Source: Rhynchobatus australiae
Taxonomy: Eukaryota
Direction of reading: 5' to 3'
Assembly (NCBI GenBank): GCA_034780895.1
Contig: JAUZTB010000076.1
Span: 33,467,675 to 33,531,674, forward strand
DNA length: 64,000 nt
Part shown: in pieces, positions 39,245 to 50,800 of the stretch
How the letters are laid out: every line of letters starts with the position of its first letter
Position numbering within the stretch: position 1 is the stretch's first letter
Made by a program: the position numbers and the translations under genes
Notes under the pieces: generated by a model
What the model was told of the DNA's origin: nothing
Database searches by the model: none
Seen by the model: the letters and a program-made list of their open reading frames with translations, nothing else

Positions 39245-40613
39245 TCAGCCTGCTAGTCTCTATCAATGGATGAAAAACAGTAACTGTGTCTGTCACCACA
39301 ATCCACATATGGATTTTTGGAATAATCTGGTGGAGTCCACTTTGTTGTTAACCTGTAGAGGGAAACATGTATTTATGTGGACGGCCACATCTCTGATGCC
39401 TTTCAGGGTGCCAGATACTTGGGAACAAAGCAGTGAAGTTCACTTTGTTGTTGACCTGTAGAAGGAAACAGGTATTTGTGTGGACAGCCACGATTTGAAT
39501 GACTTTTGGGGTGAGGCAGATGCAGTGGAGTAGTCACTGCTGAGTAGACACTGAGGTGTCGTTTGGGTTCTAAAGTGGAACATTTGGATTTTGTAATTAC
39601 TCTCTATTTGCTCTCTACGTTTTGTCTTCAGTCAACAGTGATTGTTGAAGAAGCCTTTGCTCACGTTTCACCTTACAGCTTGCTGAACTGAACTTTAAGA
39701 ACCATTCCGGGACTTGGAGTTTAGAAATTTGCCAAATTAACACTACGAGTTTAGTTTTTGGGGTTAATGTTTAAGATCTAACATTTTTACTTTTATTTTT
39801 CTTATTATCATAAGCAGTTATTAATAAAGTAGTTTTTCACACTTATACATGACTCAGTGTGTTTCTTTTGTTACTGGTTCGTAACAGTTACCAAGAAGGT
39901 CGATGAGGAAAAGACAGTGGATGTTGTACACATGGACTTTAGACAAAGTCCCACATGGGAGGCTCGTCCAGAAGGTTAAGTTGCTTGGCATTCAGGATGA
40001 AGTAGTCAATTGGATTCAACACTGGCTTATCAGGAGAAGCCAGAGAGTGGCAGTAGATGGTTGTCTCTCTGACTGGAGGCCGGTGTCTACTGGTCTGCTG
40101 TAGGGATCAGTGCTGGGTCCATTGTTATCATCTATACTAATGATTTAGACAATAACGTGGTAAACTGGATCAGCAAATTTGACACTGACACCAAGATTGG
40201 GGGCGTAGTGAACAGTGAGGAAGGCTATCAAAGCTTGCAGCATAATCTTGACCAGCTAAATAAATGGGCCGAAAAATGGCAGATGAAATTTATTACAGAC
40301 AAATGTGAGATGCTGCACTTGAGGACACACCAGGGTAAGACTTACAAAGTGAATGGTAGGGCTCTGAGGTGTAAAGTAGAACAAAGGGACCTGGGATCAG
40401 AGGGCGGTGAATGTGTGGAACAAACTACCATCAGAAGTGGTAGGTGTGAGTTCAATTGTAACATTTAAGAGAGGTTTGGATAGGTACATGGATGGGAGCG
40501 GTTTGGAGGGATATAGTCCGGATGCAGGTAGATGGGACTAGACAGAAGATCAGGTGGCATGGACTAGATGGGCCGAAGGGCCTTTTCCTGTGCTGTAGTG
40601 CTCTATGGCTCTA
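38499..40613 (+). mobile_element. CR1 (HER1-like) LINE ORF2 pseudogene, about 1.3 kb, split by a solo LTR
   Basis: ENPKGFYSYIKS...DKSPGPD...WRIANIVPLFKKGSKNKPGNYRPVSLTSVMGKLLE...SQHGFVRGRSRLTNLIEFF | ...DKVPHGRL...LSDWRPV...ISKFDTDTKIGG...WAEKWQMKF. Tail GGGCCGAAGGGCCTTTTCCTGTGCTGTAGTGCTCTATG. Stops and frameshifts are present. Confidence 0.96.
39092..39886 (+). mobile_element. Solo LTR (Gypsy/ERV-like) with 4-bp TSD
   Basis: Starts TGTTACG and ends CGTAACA (perfect 7-bp inverted termini). GTTA lies at 39088-39091 and 39887-39890. Contains a (GA)n tract and AATAAA at about 39823. The CR1 sequence resumes after excision. Confidence 0.93.
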
Positions 40614-41249
40614 ATACTGGAAAATCTAACCTAAATCAGGAGTTGGGGTCTAATGCTACATGACCTTTCCAAGAGAAAGGACTTTAATCCTTAATGCAAG
40701 TTATATCATTAGATCACAAGAATATAAAGCAGAATAGTATGGACATCAAAAAAAAATGAGAAATTTGTCAATGAGGTGCACAGAATTTCATTCTGCACTA
40801 TTCAATAAGCTTTGTCATGAACATTATTGTGTCATTTTGGGACAAATCAAAATGTCTAAACACAAATTAATGACACTATGATGATTATCCTTTTTCCAAC
40901 TGATAGGCAGCAAGATAAGGTGTCAAGGAAAGTATGAGTAGCAGCTAGTTTGGCCATTTATCTAAAGTCTTTATTGGATTCAGAGTTGGCATTTTGTTAT
41001 TAAAATTTGCCACACAACCAGTAACAAGGTAGAAAATTTGAGTTTGTTTTGAATACTGAAGAGCCTTTCTGCTTGGATTTGTTCATTTTAAAACTTACCA
41101 TAACTTTATAGGTTTCATTGCATGAAAAACAGTTCTACATCTAACTGCTCTTGGAAGCACTGTGACAGCATATTTTGGAGCCCAAAATGTGAAAATTTCT
41201 CTTTGTCTTAAGCAGCTATTTTTATGGACCGCTGCATGGTTTTTTTCTG

Positions 41250-41320
41250 TTATCTCAGTTTCTCTCTCCATAGATGCTATCTGGTCTGCTGAGTGTTTCC
41301 AGCAGTTTTTGTTTTTTCAC
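41250..41320 (+). mobile_element. Penelope-like terminal repeat fragment (sense)
   Basis: GTTTCTCTCTCCATAGATGCTATCTGGTCTGCTGAGTGTTTCCAGCAGTTTTTGTTTT matches 20800-20860. Confidence 0.75.
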
Positions 41321-41991
41321 TTTCTTCTCAAGGTCCATTGGTTAGCTTCTTGTAATCTTATGTCATAGGTGCAGCATTCTCAGCGAAGCTCTCCTACTCA
41401 ATGCATCTGAATTTTTCATTTTAAGCCCAATAATCTTCAAAAGATTCTGATTTGAATATTTAAGACCTTTTGCTTATTTCAGATGTCACTGTGGATGATT
41501 GAAATTCACTAAAGATAACATGGCATTAGCAATCTCTGATCCAGAATGGGCACAATTTACAATAGCATAATATTTAAAATCCTAAAACCCTTTTCCAATT
41601 CTAAGATGAACTTCTTCCCCAGGAAATCAAGTCCCTAACAAGTTTAGTTGTTTTGATCTGCAAGTTAATGATTTATGTTTACTTACTTCACCAGACCTAT
41701 TCAAAAATGACTAGTTTTAATAATTATATGAGCCACTAAGCGACAAACTAGTTTGCAGGGTATTCTTTGGTGGCTTTAATGGAGTACACATAAGAGATAA
41801 ACTTTGGCTTTTGACCCCAAACACAGGCTTGCCGGCAGAATTATCTTAAACTGTTAATTAATCTGTTTAAGATGGTGTAGACAAGAGTGCTCATGTCAGG
41901 CTTATTACTTGGTCAGATTGACTAAAATGTACAGTGACTACATCTAGATTACATAACAAATCACTTTGTAGGTTCAAATCCTTGACATCAA

Positions 41992-42031
41992 TATCTGGGA
42001 CATATGCTTATCTGGGACATATGCTTATCTG
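41992..42031. repeat. 17-bp tandem duplication (TATCTGGGACATATGCT x ~2.3)
   Basis: TATCTGGGACATATGCT TATCTGGGACATATGCT TATCTG read directly. Confidence 0.9.
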
Positions 42032-44519
42032 AAAGCTCCCAATTCACTTTGTAAGGATTGAGTTGAAAAGCACACTAAATAAATTTACCTTCAGCAACTG
42101 CCCAAAATTCAAATAAGCTTAGGAACATTTAACAATAAATATAGCCAAAAGTTATAATTGCTGGTTATCATTTCAATAAAAATGTTAATTGAAGATGACA
42201 AATCCTGATATATTTCTAAGTCTCCCCTTAATAAAGTATACACAAGGATAATCAACAGTGGACCAAGAAGTTATCTTGTAAGTAATGTTTGGAATAACTA
42301 GACATTTCACAACATTGTCAGTTTTCTTTATAACTAACATGTTTTTGTTTGACTATTTGCTCAAATTATTATGGTCTCTAGGTTGCCAACAATAACTCTC
42401 CCCTTCATCCCCTCAGGAAGTGGGCAGGATGGACTGGCTGAAGAAGTTATTCATGGTGACCATCAACTGAGCTTCATAATTATTTTGACTAATACAAGGC
42501 CAGCTGGACAAAATCAATTTCATGTTTGATTATAAGGTTGACATGGCATTGCAAAGGACAGATTAAATTTGTACTGATCAAGATGTAGGATTTTTTGATT
42601 GGTTGGGGTGGGTGTGGTGCCAAGGAGAGTAATGGAAATGGATTCCCCAGTTGCACATTTCCCATTTCAGTATATGAAAGAGATTTTCCAACCAGTCACC
42701 CAAATTATAAATTATAAATTCAATTACATCTGATTAAATGGTTAAATTGAAAGTAGAAAAGCCACTGCAACCAAGTATGTGAAGTTAAGAGAGATGGTAC
42801 TCTCTTACCCTGGCTGGCGAAATGTGCTACTAAGACAAATATACATAATTACTTGCCATCTTATGCCCTTTGTCAGAAACTAGTTTTTAGACAGCATACA
42901 TAATAAGGATAAGAAGAACTCTCCAAAACACTGCTGTCTCTGTTCATGAAAATGGAGTAATACTGAGGGCAGTGAACCAAGGAAACTTTAACTCAGAGGT
43001 AATTTTGGCTTATTGTTAAAATTTAAAAACAACATCATCATATTCAAGATGTGCAGGACAGCTTGGCTTTGATGATGCTTTCATAAGTTTGTGTTGGTTG
43101 AAGGAAGCTTTAAAGTTAGGAGGATGAATAACAAGTCTACATGAATTTTGAGTCCCAATAAGTAAAGTGAGAACAAATAAAAGGACTGTAATACTAAAAA
43201 CTTTGATGGACTTGAACAGAAACAATGGAGTTGTCGAATTAATATTAGGTTGGTTTAATTGTATATCATTATTGTTAGATTTAGTTTTTAATCTTCTTCA
43301 TTCAAAAAGGTCCATTTCTCATTCCCAATCCTTTTCTTGGATGAATATGCTCCCACACAATCAGTCTGGGTCATACACAAGGACACCATCTATCTTTAAT
43401 AAATCAAATTGTGATATAATTTGTTGACCCTGTCTTCTTTAATTTATCTTAGTTGATTATAAAATGCATCTAATAATTCTACCACTAATGTCGTGATATT
43501 TAATACCCATTATTCACAGGGTGTTTTGTTGTATATTAACACAGCAACTTAACTAATTTCACACATTGTTCCATTGTGGTCTAATTTATTAATACCCACA
43601 TAAACTCTATATAAGGGCACCCTTTCAGAGACCAAGGTCGGCAAGGGTGAATTAAAATGAGAGCATTTCTGCTTGACAGTGAGAAAATAAAACTTCCCAA
43701 CTTGAAAGAAGCAATCCACAAATAATCTACGCTACTATGTCATAACAAGCAGCTGGGTATGCTTATACTCCTTGAAAAAATATTTACATAGTTCTCAGTT
43801 AATTTTACCAAATTGGTATTATCACAAGGAAACACACTGAAAGTACATTGATTAAAATCATAACATTGATATTAATGAAAAGTTTTGTTGTAAATATATC
43901 ACAATGATGCTTCAGAAACCTATTCTATTTTTGTTTTTGATTTTGTTAGGACTCGGGCACAAATATTGACAATAATTTGTCTCATACTCCCAGGCCTTAT
44001 AATTGTTGATCAGATGGCAATCTGCAATAAAACTTAGCAAATCTTCTATTTGTGTTAAATAATCCTAAATTTACAATGTAACTAAGGCTGCCAGAGCCAT
44101 CCCACAGAATGTCCTTGGAGAGAAAATGCAGGTCCGATGGCGCATCCCACGGCTGACAAAAGCAACACATCTTCAGGCAAACAAAAAATGAGAAGAATTA
44201 GATTACAGGCCTGCTTGCTGTGGTACCATCCAAAAGAAACAGCAAAACCACAGATTATGCTTTTTGGTTTTTCAGTTGATAAGCCAAGTAACACACTATA
44301 TTCATAAATTGTGACGGACATTCTCCACTCTGGGTGGCTTTGACCACACTTGATCTGCAGGCAGCTGATTCCTGAGCAATTTGCCAAGGCAGTGACATCA
44401 TTCACAGACAAGGCTGATTTAGTCTTTCTCCACAGTCTCTAAACGTGGAAGAAGCAGCACTAATATCTGGCGTGGTGTGAGAGAGCTGAGTGCAGAGATA
44501 CTTCTCACATTAACTGTTT

Positions 44520-44635
44520 GAAAGAATCAATTAGTGCCCTCAAAAGGGAATTGGGCAGGTACACGAGAGAGTAAAACCATAAGCTGGCATAGACTTGTTG
44601 AGCTGAATGCCTTCTTTCTATGCCATAAAAATCCT
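44520..44635 (+). mobile_element. CR1 3' tail fragment
   Basis: GCCCTCAAAAGGGAATTGGGCAGGTAC...AGCTGGCATAGACTTGTTGAGCTGAATGCCTTCTTTCTATGCCATAA resembles a CR1 terminus. Confidence 0.55.
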
Positions 44636-45151
44636 TTGAAAGAATATTTGAACTTGGTTGCTATGATGTAACAACGAGTTGAAGGAAACAAGAAATACTT
44701 GAAGTAAAAAAAGAGTATTTAATCCTATATAAGAAATTTGCAGCAGTTATGTTCATTATTTTATATGCCACGTTTTCTTCTCTGATTCCAGAATCATATA
44801 ACAGTGACACTGGCATCACATTCTGCTCCTACATTGCATGTATTACAAGTCAGTGTTGAGTTGTTTCTTTTCCCAAGCTCAACAACTTCATCATTATGCC
44901 TGAACGCTACAAATCTCATGTAACCTGTTGCATGATTATCTGTAACGATCTTTATTTGTTGTGTTGCCACTGATTTCTGCTGATGGGTGGTCAAAAACAA
45001 AATCCGGGGTTTGATGATGATAATAACATAAAGGCTCTCTTTTCCAACCAGGAAGACATACATAAATCTAGTTAGGTACATCTTTAGATGTTAACAATGG
45101 AAAAGATACACTGTCATGACTAAAAATTTCAAATATTCTTTCAAAGATTTG

Positions 45152-45560
45152 TTATAGTGCAGGAGGCCATTCAGCTATTCAAGTCTATGCAAGCTCATGG
45201 TAGACCCAACATATTCTACTCTCTCAAGTGTCTGTCCAAATCCTTCTTGAGGCACTGATCAATTTTGCTCTTTCACACAATTAATTCTGGATAATGATGC
45301 TCTAAATTTATTGTCATATCTTCTTGAAAATCATGACAAAATATTAAATCTGTTTCCCTTTGATCCATTCATTACTCTGAACAATAGGACAGTCTCTCCT
45401 CAGAAGAGACATAAAAAACCTGAATACAACACATCCAATTGTCTTTTCCACCGTCTTCAAAGAGAAAAAACAACAATGAAGTTTCTGACGTCCAAAAATT
45501 TAGAGTGCAGTGTGTAGCGTTTACTAATGACTTACATAATATGTTTCAATGAACAGTTCT
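45152..45560 (-). mobile_element. Old CR1 3' region, degraded
   Basis: CAGGAGGCCATTCAGCTATTCAAGTCTATGCAAGCTC...GTGTCTGTCCAAATCCTTCTTGA is antisense to a CR1 terminus; the downstream part is only patchily similar. Confidence 0.5.
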
Positions 45561-47044
45561 TCAGCTTTATAGCAACATTGAATAAGGCTCTATATTTATA
45601 GAACCTCAGACACAAGAAGTAGGTTGCCCATCTCTGGGCCCTGTGCCCGATCCATAACCAAATAGTTACATTCACAGAAGGAGTGGATGCTAAACTAAAA
45701 TGAGAAAGTTGGAGAAGAAATGACTAACATTTTGTCAGAAAAGCTCAGGTAGAACCAAAAGTTTACACGTCAGTAGATTCCACAATCTCCCCTATAATCC
45801 TTAGATAACTTCATTTTCTCCCTTCTAATTTTGAATAGAGCGAACGTGGCCTCATTACAGCCACAGTCTTCCCAAAGATTTCACTCAGTATACCGTCAGA
45901 TTAGTCAACAAGAAGGATAATCAAGTGGTGACCTGGTTTACAAATATCCATGAGGTCATAGAAGGCAACAGGAATGCCCTGCCCCCGGGTCATCTAGATC
46001 AAACAGCCAATACCCACAAAAACTCTCCCAAAAGGATCAGCTGAAGGAAAATGACATTTATTTGTCTATTAATTAGTTTTAGGGGCCCATTCATATTAAA
46101 CTTAAACAAATAAGATTAGACACATAAAAGAAACACAACATCATCACACTACTTTGCTCATAATTGAACAAATATGCTTGAATAATCCTGACAAATCAGC
46201 CGGAGGGACATAATTTTAAAATCACCAAATACCTGAGCTTCAGCATTTAATGTTATCCAATGCCTTTCCATATGTACTCGATATAGTCATTGCAGGCAAC
46301 GGGCCTTCATGTAAATTAGAGCTGTCTTCTTCTTTCACATTCCCCTCCCCCTCCATCTGACTGTTCTTTTAGGTCCTTTTGAACCCCTTTCATCTACTGA
46401 GTTTAAGCCATTCCCAGGGTAGCTACTGGGTTGCGTATAATTTGTCTAATTAAATTTAAAGAAGGGCTATTTTTACAGAGCACTGTTTCATCATCCCCCC
46501 TCCTTGGACTTCATGCTGCGGCCTTTAATGAGGCTTCAAACATCACTTTACCTCAGCTTTGGTTTGGTTAAGATGGGCCAGCCTTGTTAAGACAGTCTTC
46601 ATTTGTCAGGAAAAATTGCTTTATTGGGGTCATGGAATGCATGCGCTTTGATGAAAGTTAATCAAGAAAAAGAACCTGAACCCAAACCATGTACAATTGA
46701 CCTTCAGTAAAATCTATCATTAGAACCCTCCTGCAGAATCTCCTAGTTAAACATAGTCATAAATAATATCAGGTTTCTTTCCAGAGAATTACAATTTACT
46801 GCATCGAGAAGCAGTCACCTTCAGCTGCACCCCTATCCTTTGGAACTAATGGATACTGATAAGCTTATTCTTAAAATATTATGGGTGCATTTTTATTCAT
46901 GGAAAAGCAAACAACCTGTTAAAGTTTTCAGGTCCACCAGAAACTACAAGTCCATTTCCACTTCAGGGGATCAATATACCCACGTCACCTTGAATGTCCC
47001 CCCTTAAAACCAAGTTTCAATTAAAAATTTAATAAGGGATTTAC

Positions 47045-47390
47045 CCAACTGTTCTTTGTGAAAGAGTTCAATATTTCCCANNNNNNNNNNNNNNNNNNNN
47101 NNNNNNNNNNNNNNNNNNNNNNNNNNNNNNNNNNNNNNNNNNNNNNNNNNNNNNNNNNNNNNNNNNNNNNNNNNNNNNNNTATTTCCCATTCTCATGTGT
47201 TTCCTAATTTTCCTGAAAGTCTGGCTCTAATTCTTATTTTAATGAAATGCCAACCAGTCCTAAACACCCCATCTAGCAACATTATTTTCTCAGTCCACCC
47301 AACCAGTTTCCCTTAATATCTAGTTTCAATGAAATCATTTCTCATCCTTCTAACTTTCTCTATTTGTAATATAAATTTTGCAACATTCTT
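47045..47390 (-). mobile_element. Old CR1 C-terminal fragment interrupted by a gap
   Basis: AAGAGTTC...TGTTTCCTAATTTTCCTGAAAGTCTGGCTCTAATT...TTTCCCTTAATATCT..TTTCAATGAAATCATTTCTCATCCTTCTAACT is antisense to a decayed 'LE.RR.R.DLIE..KI' segment. Confidence 0.55.
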
Positions 47391-47668
47391 GTAAATCTAG
47401 CACCATTTCAAATTAGTTACAATGTCAATATTTCAAAACCTCCTCTCCTCCATTGATGAGGAAGGGCAGAAAGAGCTGCCTTCCATTCACCTGCCAGCTC
47501 TCACTCCACACCATTATTACACCCATTCATGATGGAAGGTAAACCTTCAAGAATTTAAGAGAGACCATGTTGTTTGAAATAAACATTGCCATTGGTAGGA
47601 AATCAACATGAAAGTGCAGTTTGCCACTGGAAGCCCATCTTAATGTAAAATCAACATCTTCTCATGCT

Positions 47669-47880
47669 AGAGACAAAAGAGACTGCAGATGCTGGAATAT
47701 GGAACAACACACAAAACACTGGAGGAACTCAGCAGGACAGGCAGCATCTATGGAGTGAAATAGTTCAGATGAAGGGTTTCTACCTGAACCACCATCTGTA
47801 TATTTACCTTCTAATGCTAAATTGTCCATCTGAATTTTCTCTTTTTTTAAAATACTTCCTGCATTCAACTTTTTCTTTAC
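47669..47880. mobile_element. Palindromic (head-to-head) Penelope-terminus element
   Basis: The left arm GACTGCAGATGCTGGAATATGG...CTGGAGGAACTCAGCAGGACAGGCAGCATCTATGGAG is followed directly by an opposite-orientation arm AGTTCAGATGAAGGGTTTCTACCTGAACC...ATGCT...CTGAATTTTCTC...TTCCTGCATTC. Confidence 0.7.
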
Positions 47881-50800
47881 CTTAATGCTGGGAAGGTATT
47901 TCATTTGAAACTGAGCTTTTCAGATTGAAATAAAATATTAAAAAGGTAACAAGTACAAAGATGATGCTGTTGGATAGGGATATAACCCCACCTTAGATGA
48001 ATGTGTATTTCAATGGATATACTCTTAAAATGGCTGCCAATATTTGAAAAAGTTTAGGATAAAAATTCTAATACCAAAATATTAATAAAGGTCAATTTAA
48101 AATGTCAAAGGGGTTTCATAGAAATAGTAACATCAGATTACTGCAGTTATTTCTAAAAACACATAGATACACCAGATCAGAACTTGGAAATACACCAGGA
48201 TTTTCAGAAATGAACAATTCTGTATTCAACAAGTAACTGACTTTGCAAGAAAGCTGTTTGCCAACTGCAAGATCTAATAAAAGGAGATGATTATTGTGAA
48301 GTATATCAAAGCTAAAGAAGACCCCAGAATTAATTACTTTTCATCTTCAAATGAGGAAATTTGCATAATTTACATGAAACTATAAAGTACAATCCTTTGT
48401 ACTTTATAAAAAACTTCGTACTTTCACAAACTCAAAAGGGCTGAGTTTCCTCTGTCAGAGAGCACTTGCCCAGGTGTGAGTGCACAGAGGTTCAAAGAGG
48501 AGCCCTCGTCTTCTCTTCCCTAAATTACACTTCATTCAAATTTCCTCCATGGATTTTCTTGCCTGCAAAGGGTATATAGCAGTGTTTTCAATTTTATACC
48601 AACATGACACAGATTTCTTCCATAGGGCCTGAATTGTGCTGTAGGTTTTCTGTTTCTAAGCACTGGACACAGTTTAAGGCCAACGTATTCCCTCAAAAGG
48701 AAAACAGACCTGCTGATTGCACAACTATTGTTTGTCTGTTTTATAGGTGCTGTTCTGTTAAACCTTTATTTTTACCTTATTGAATATGTAAACATTGATT
48801 TAGTTTTAAAAAATGGCATTGTTATTTAGAACCTGTAACAGAACATTGTTAGTCTGTATAGTTAGTGATCAAACATGTATATAGGTACTTTGCCAATTCT
48901 GCTTACAGGAAGCAGATTAGGACAAGCAACCACAAACCTACCTCACAAGTCCTCTTACCCAAGCCACTAATAACTGTTTCCTTACCACAAAGCAAACTTC
49001 CTCCTCAACTCTCCATGTCAATGCTCTATTCATACCACTCCATCCCATCCCACAACTGCACTCCTCCTCACCAACTAGATTAAAAAGTGACATCTCAGTC
49101 AACACCCTGCGTCATCTGCGCACATTGTTTCTCTATTTCTTGGCACCACCTTATCAGCTGATAAGAGGGAAATACGGAGTGATAAACATGAGTACCACCA
49201 ATGTATGATTCTAAATGTCTGGCATGAATTAATTTGGAATTTATTTCTCTTCACGACAAAGTATTCAGTTCAACATTCTTCCCCTTTGCCTTCAAAAATC
49301 CAAAATCCTTCCAGCTCTCCCATAGGTATTATCTGCTCCTACCCTTTAATGGTGATGGCCCTTTTGGGTTCACGGCTTATGCCCATGCTATGTGGCCCTC
49401 CTTCATTTCAAGTATGCCACAAAATAAGTTCAGCCACTGGGGTCCCCACATTAATTGTCCTGAAATGAAGAATTGTTTCTCAGACTTTGCCATTTTTCAA
49501 AGCAGAATCAACCATACTCTGCTGCAATATGTAAGATTTTACTGAAGGGGCGGTAAGGTAATATAAAATTGGAGGAAATTTAATGCACCATTGGTTGTCA
49601 GAACAAGATGCAAACCAAGACTAAACTACATAATTTTCATATCCAGACTAGTCCAAATTATTATACAGTATCACATGTTCTGTTTTGGACCAGTGTGTAC
49701 CCTTGCCTCCTAATCCTGAACAATGTTTCTGGCTTCCCTGGAAACACCAAGCCACGGTAAAAGGAGGAAACAAATTTGCTCATTTGTAAAGAAAAACTTA
49801 TCTTCAATTTTATTTAATTTAATTTCAAGCTGTGGAATCAACATTTTCAGTCTGACATGAAGAAGACTGAAGGAAGTAGCTTGCTTACAGATCGTTTGAT
49901 TTTGATTAGTAAAAAAAATACATTATGAGAAATGACCAAATCATTCAGTGCAGCAGATGGAGTAAAGATTTTGATGCACTGTTCGAATATTTTGCCAATA
50001 CCAGCAGACCTGAAAAAAAGTTAATTTTCAAAAGGACTAGACAGTGAATTGATTTAAGACATGAATTATGATACCAGTTCTTCTACTCCCGAGGACTGAG
50101 TGTAAATCCAGTCTGGGAATGAGGGATGGACGTCCACNNNNNNNNNNNNNNNNNNNNNNNNNNNNNNNNNNNNNNNNNNNNNNNNNNNNNNNNNNNNNNN
50201 NNNNNNNNNNNNNNNNNNNNNNNNNNNNNNNNNNNNNGTCCACTGTTCCTGACAGCTTTATAGCTATAACGTTAATGAATTGCTGGCTGCCACAAAACTA
50301 CCTCAATTTAGAAATATTTGCATTGAGAGTTCTAGAGTGACAAGAGAATGAAAATTATCAGCCTGTGATAGATAAACCAAACAAAGCAGTTCACCCTCCC
50401 TTTTCTTTAGAACTAAAGTCAGAAGGTTATTTCTGCTAATTAATCCTTCACATCGGAGATCTATAATTAAAGCATCTTGCAGTCCTTGGGAATACTCACT
50501 GGGCACACTTATCAAAATCATCAAACTTGTAACAAAAGGCACTTTTCATTCCAAATGCTAACAACTGGCAACTGTTACAAATAGCTAATTATTTCCAGTG
50601 TGCATCCAGGGTCAAGTGATGATGAAATAAATACTTGCCTATTCGCTCAACAACAGTTTGTGCAGTCCTGTTTGGATATTACAGTTTGAGTCTTGCAACT
50701 GTTGGATGTTTGTCATATTAATACCCAAATGCACTTAAATCCAGACCCCGGCTCTGGCCATACTCCAGATCAGTAACTCTGCCCCCATATTCTACTTGCA

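Noticed and set aside
38756-40468. ORFs with RT-like motifs as a functional reverse transcriptase gene
   Set aside because: Fragments of one CR1 copy with stops, frameshifts, an LTR insertion and an altered catalytic motif (FDTD instead of FADD).
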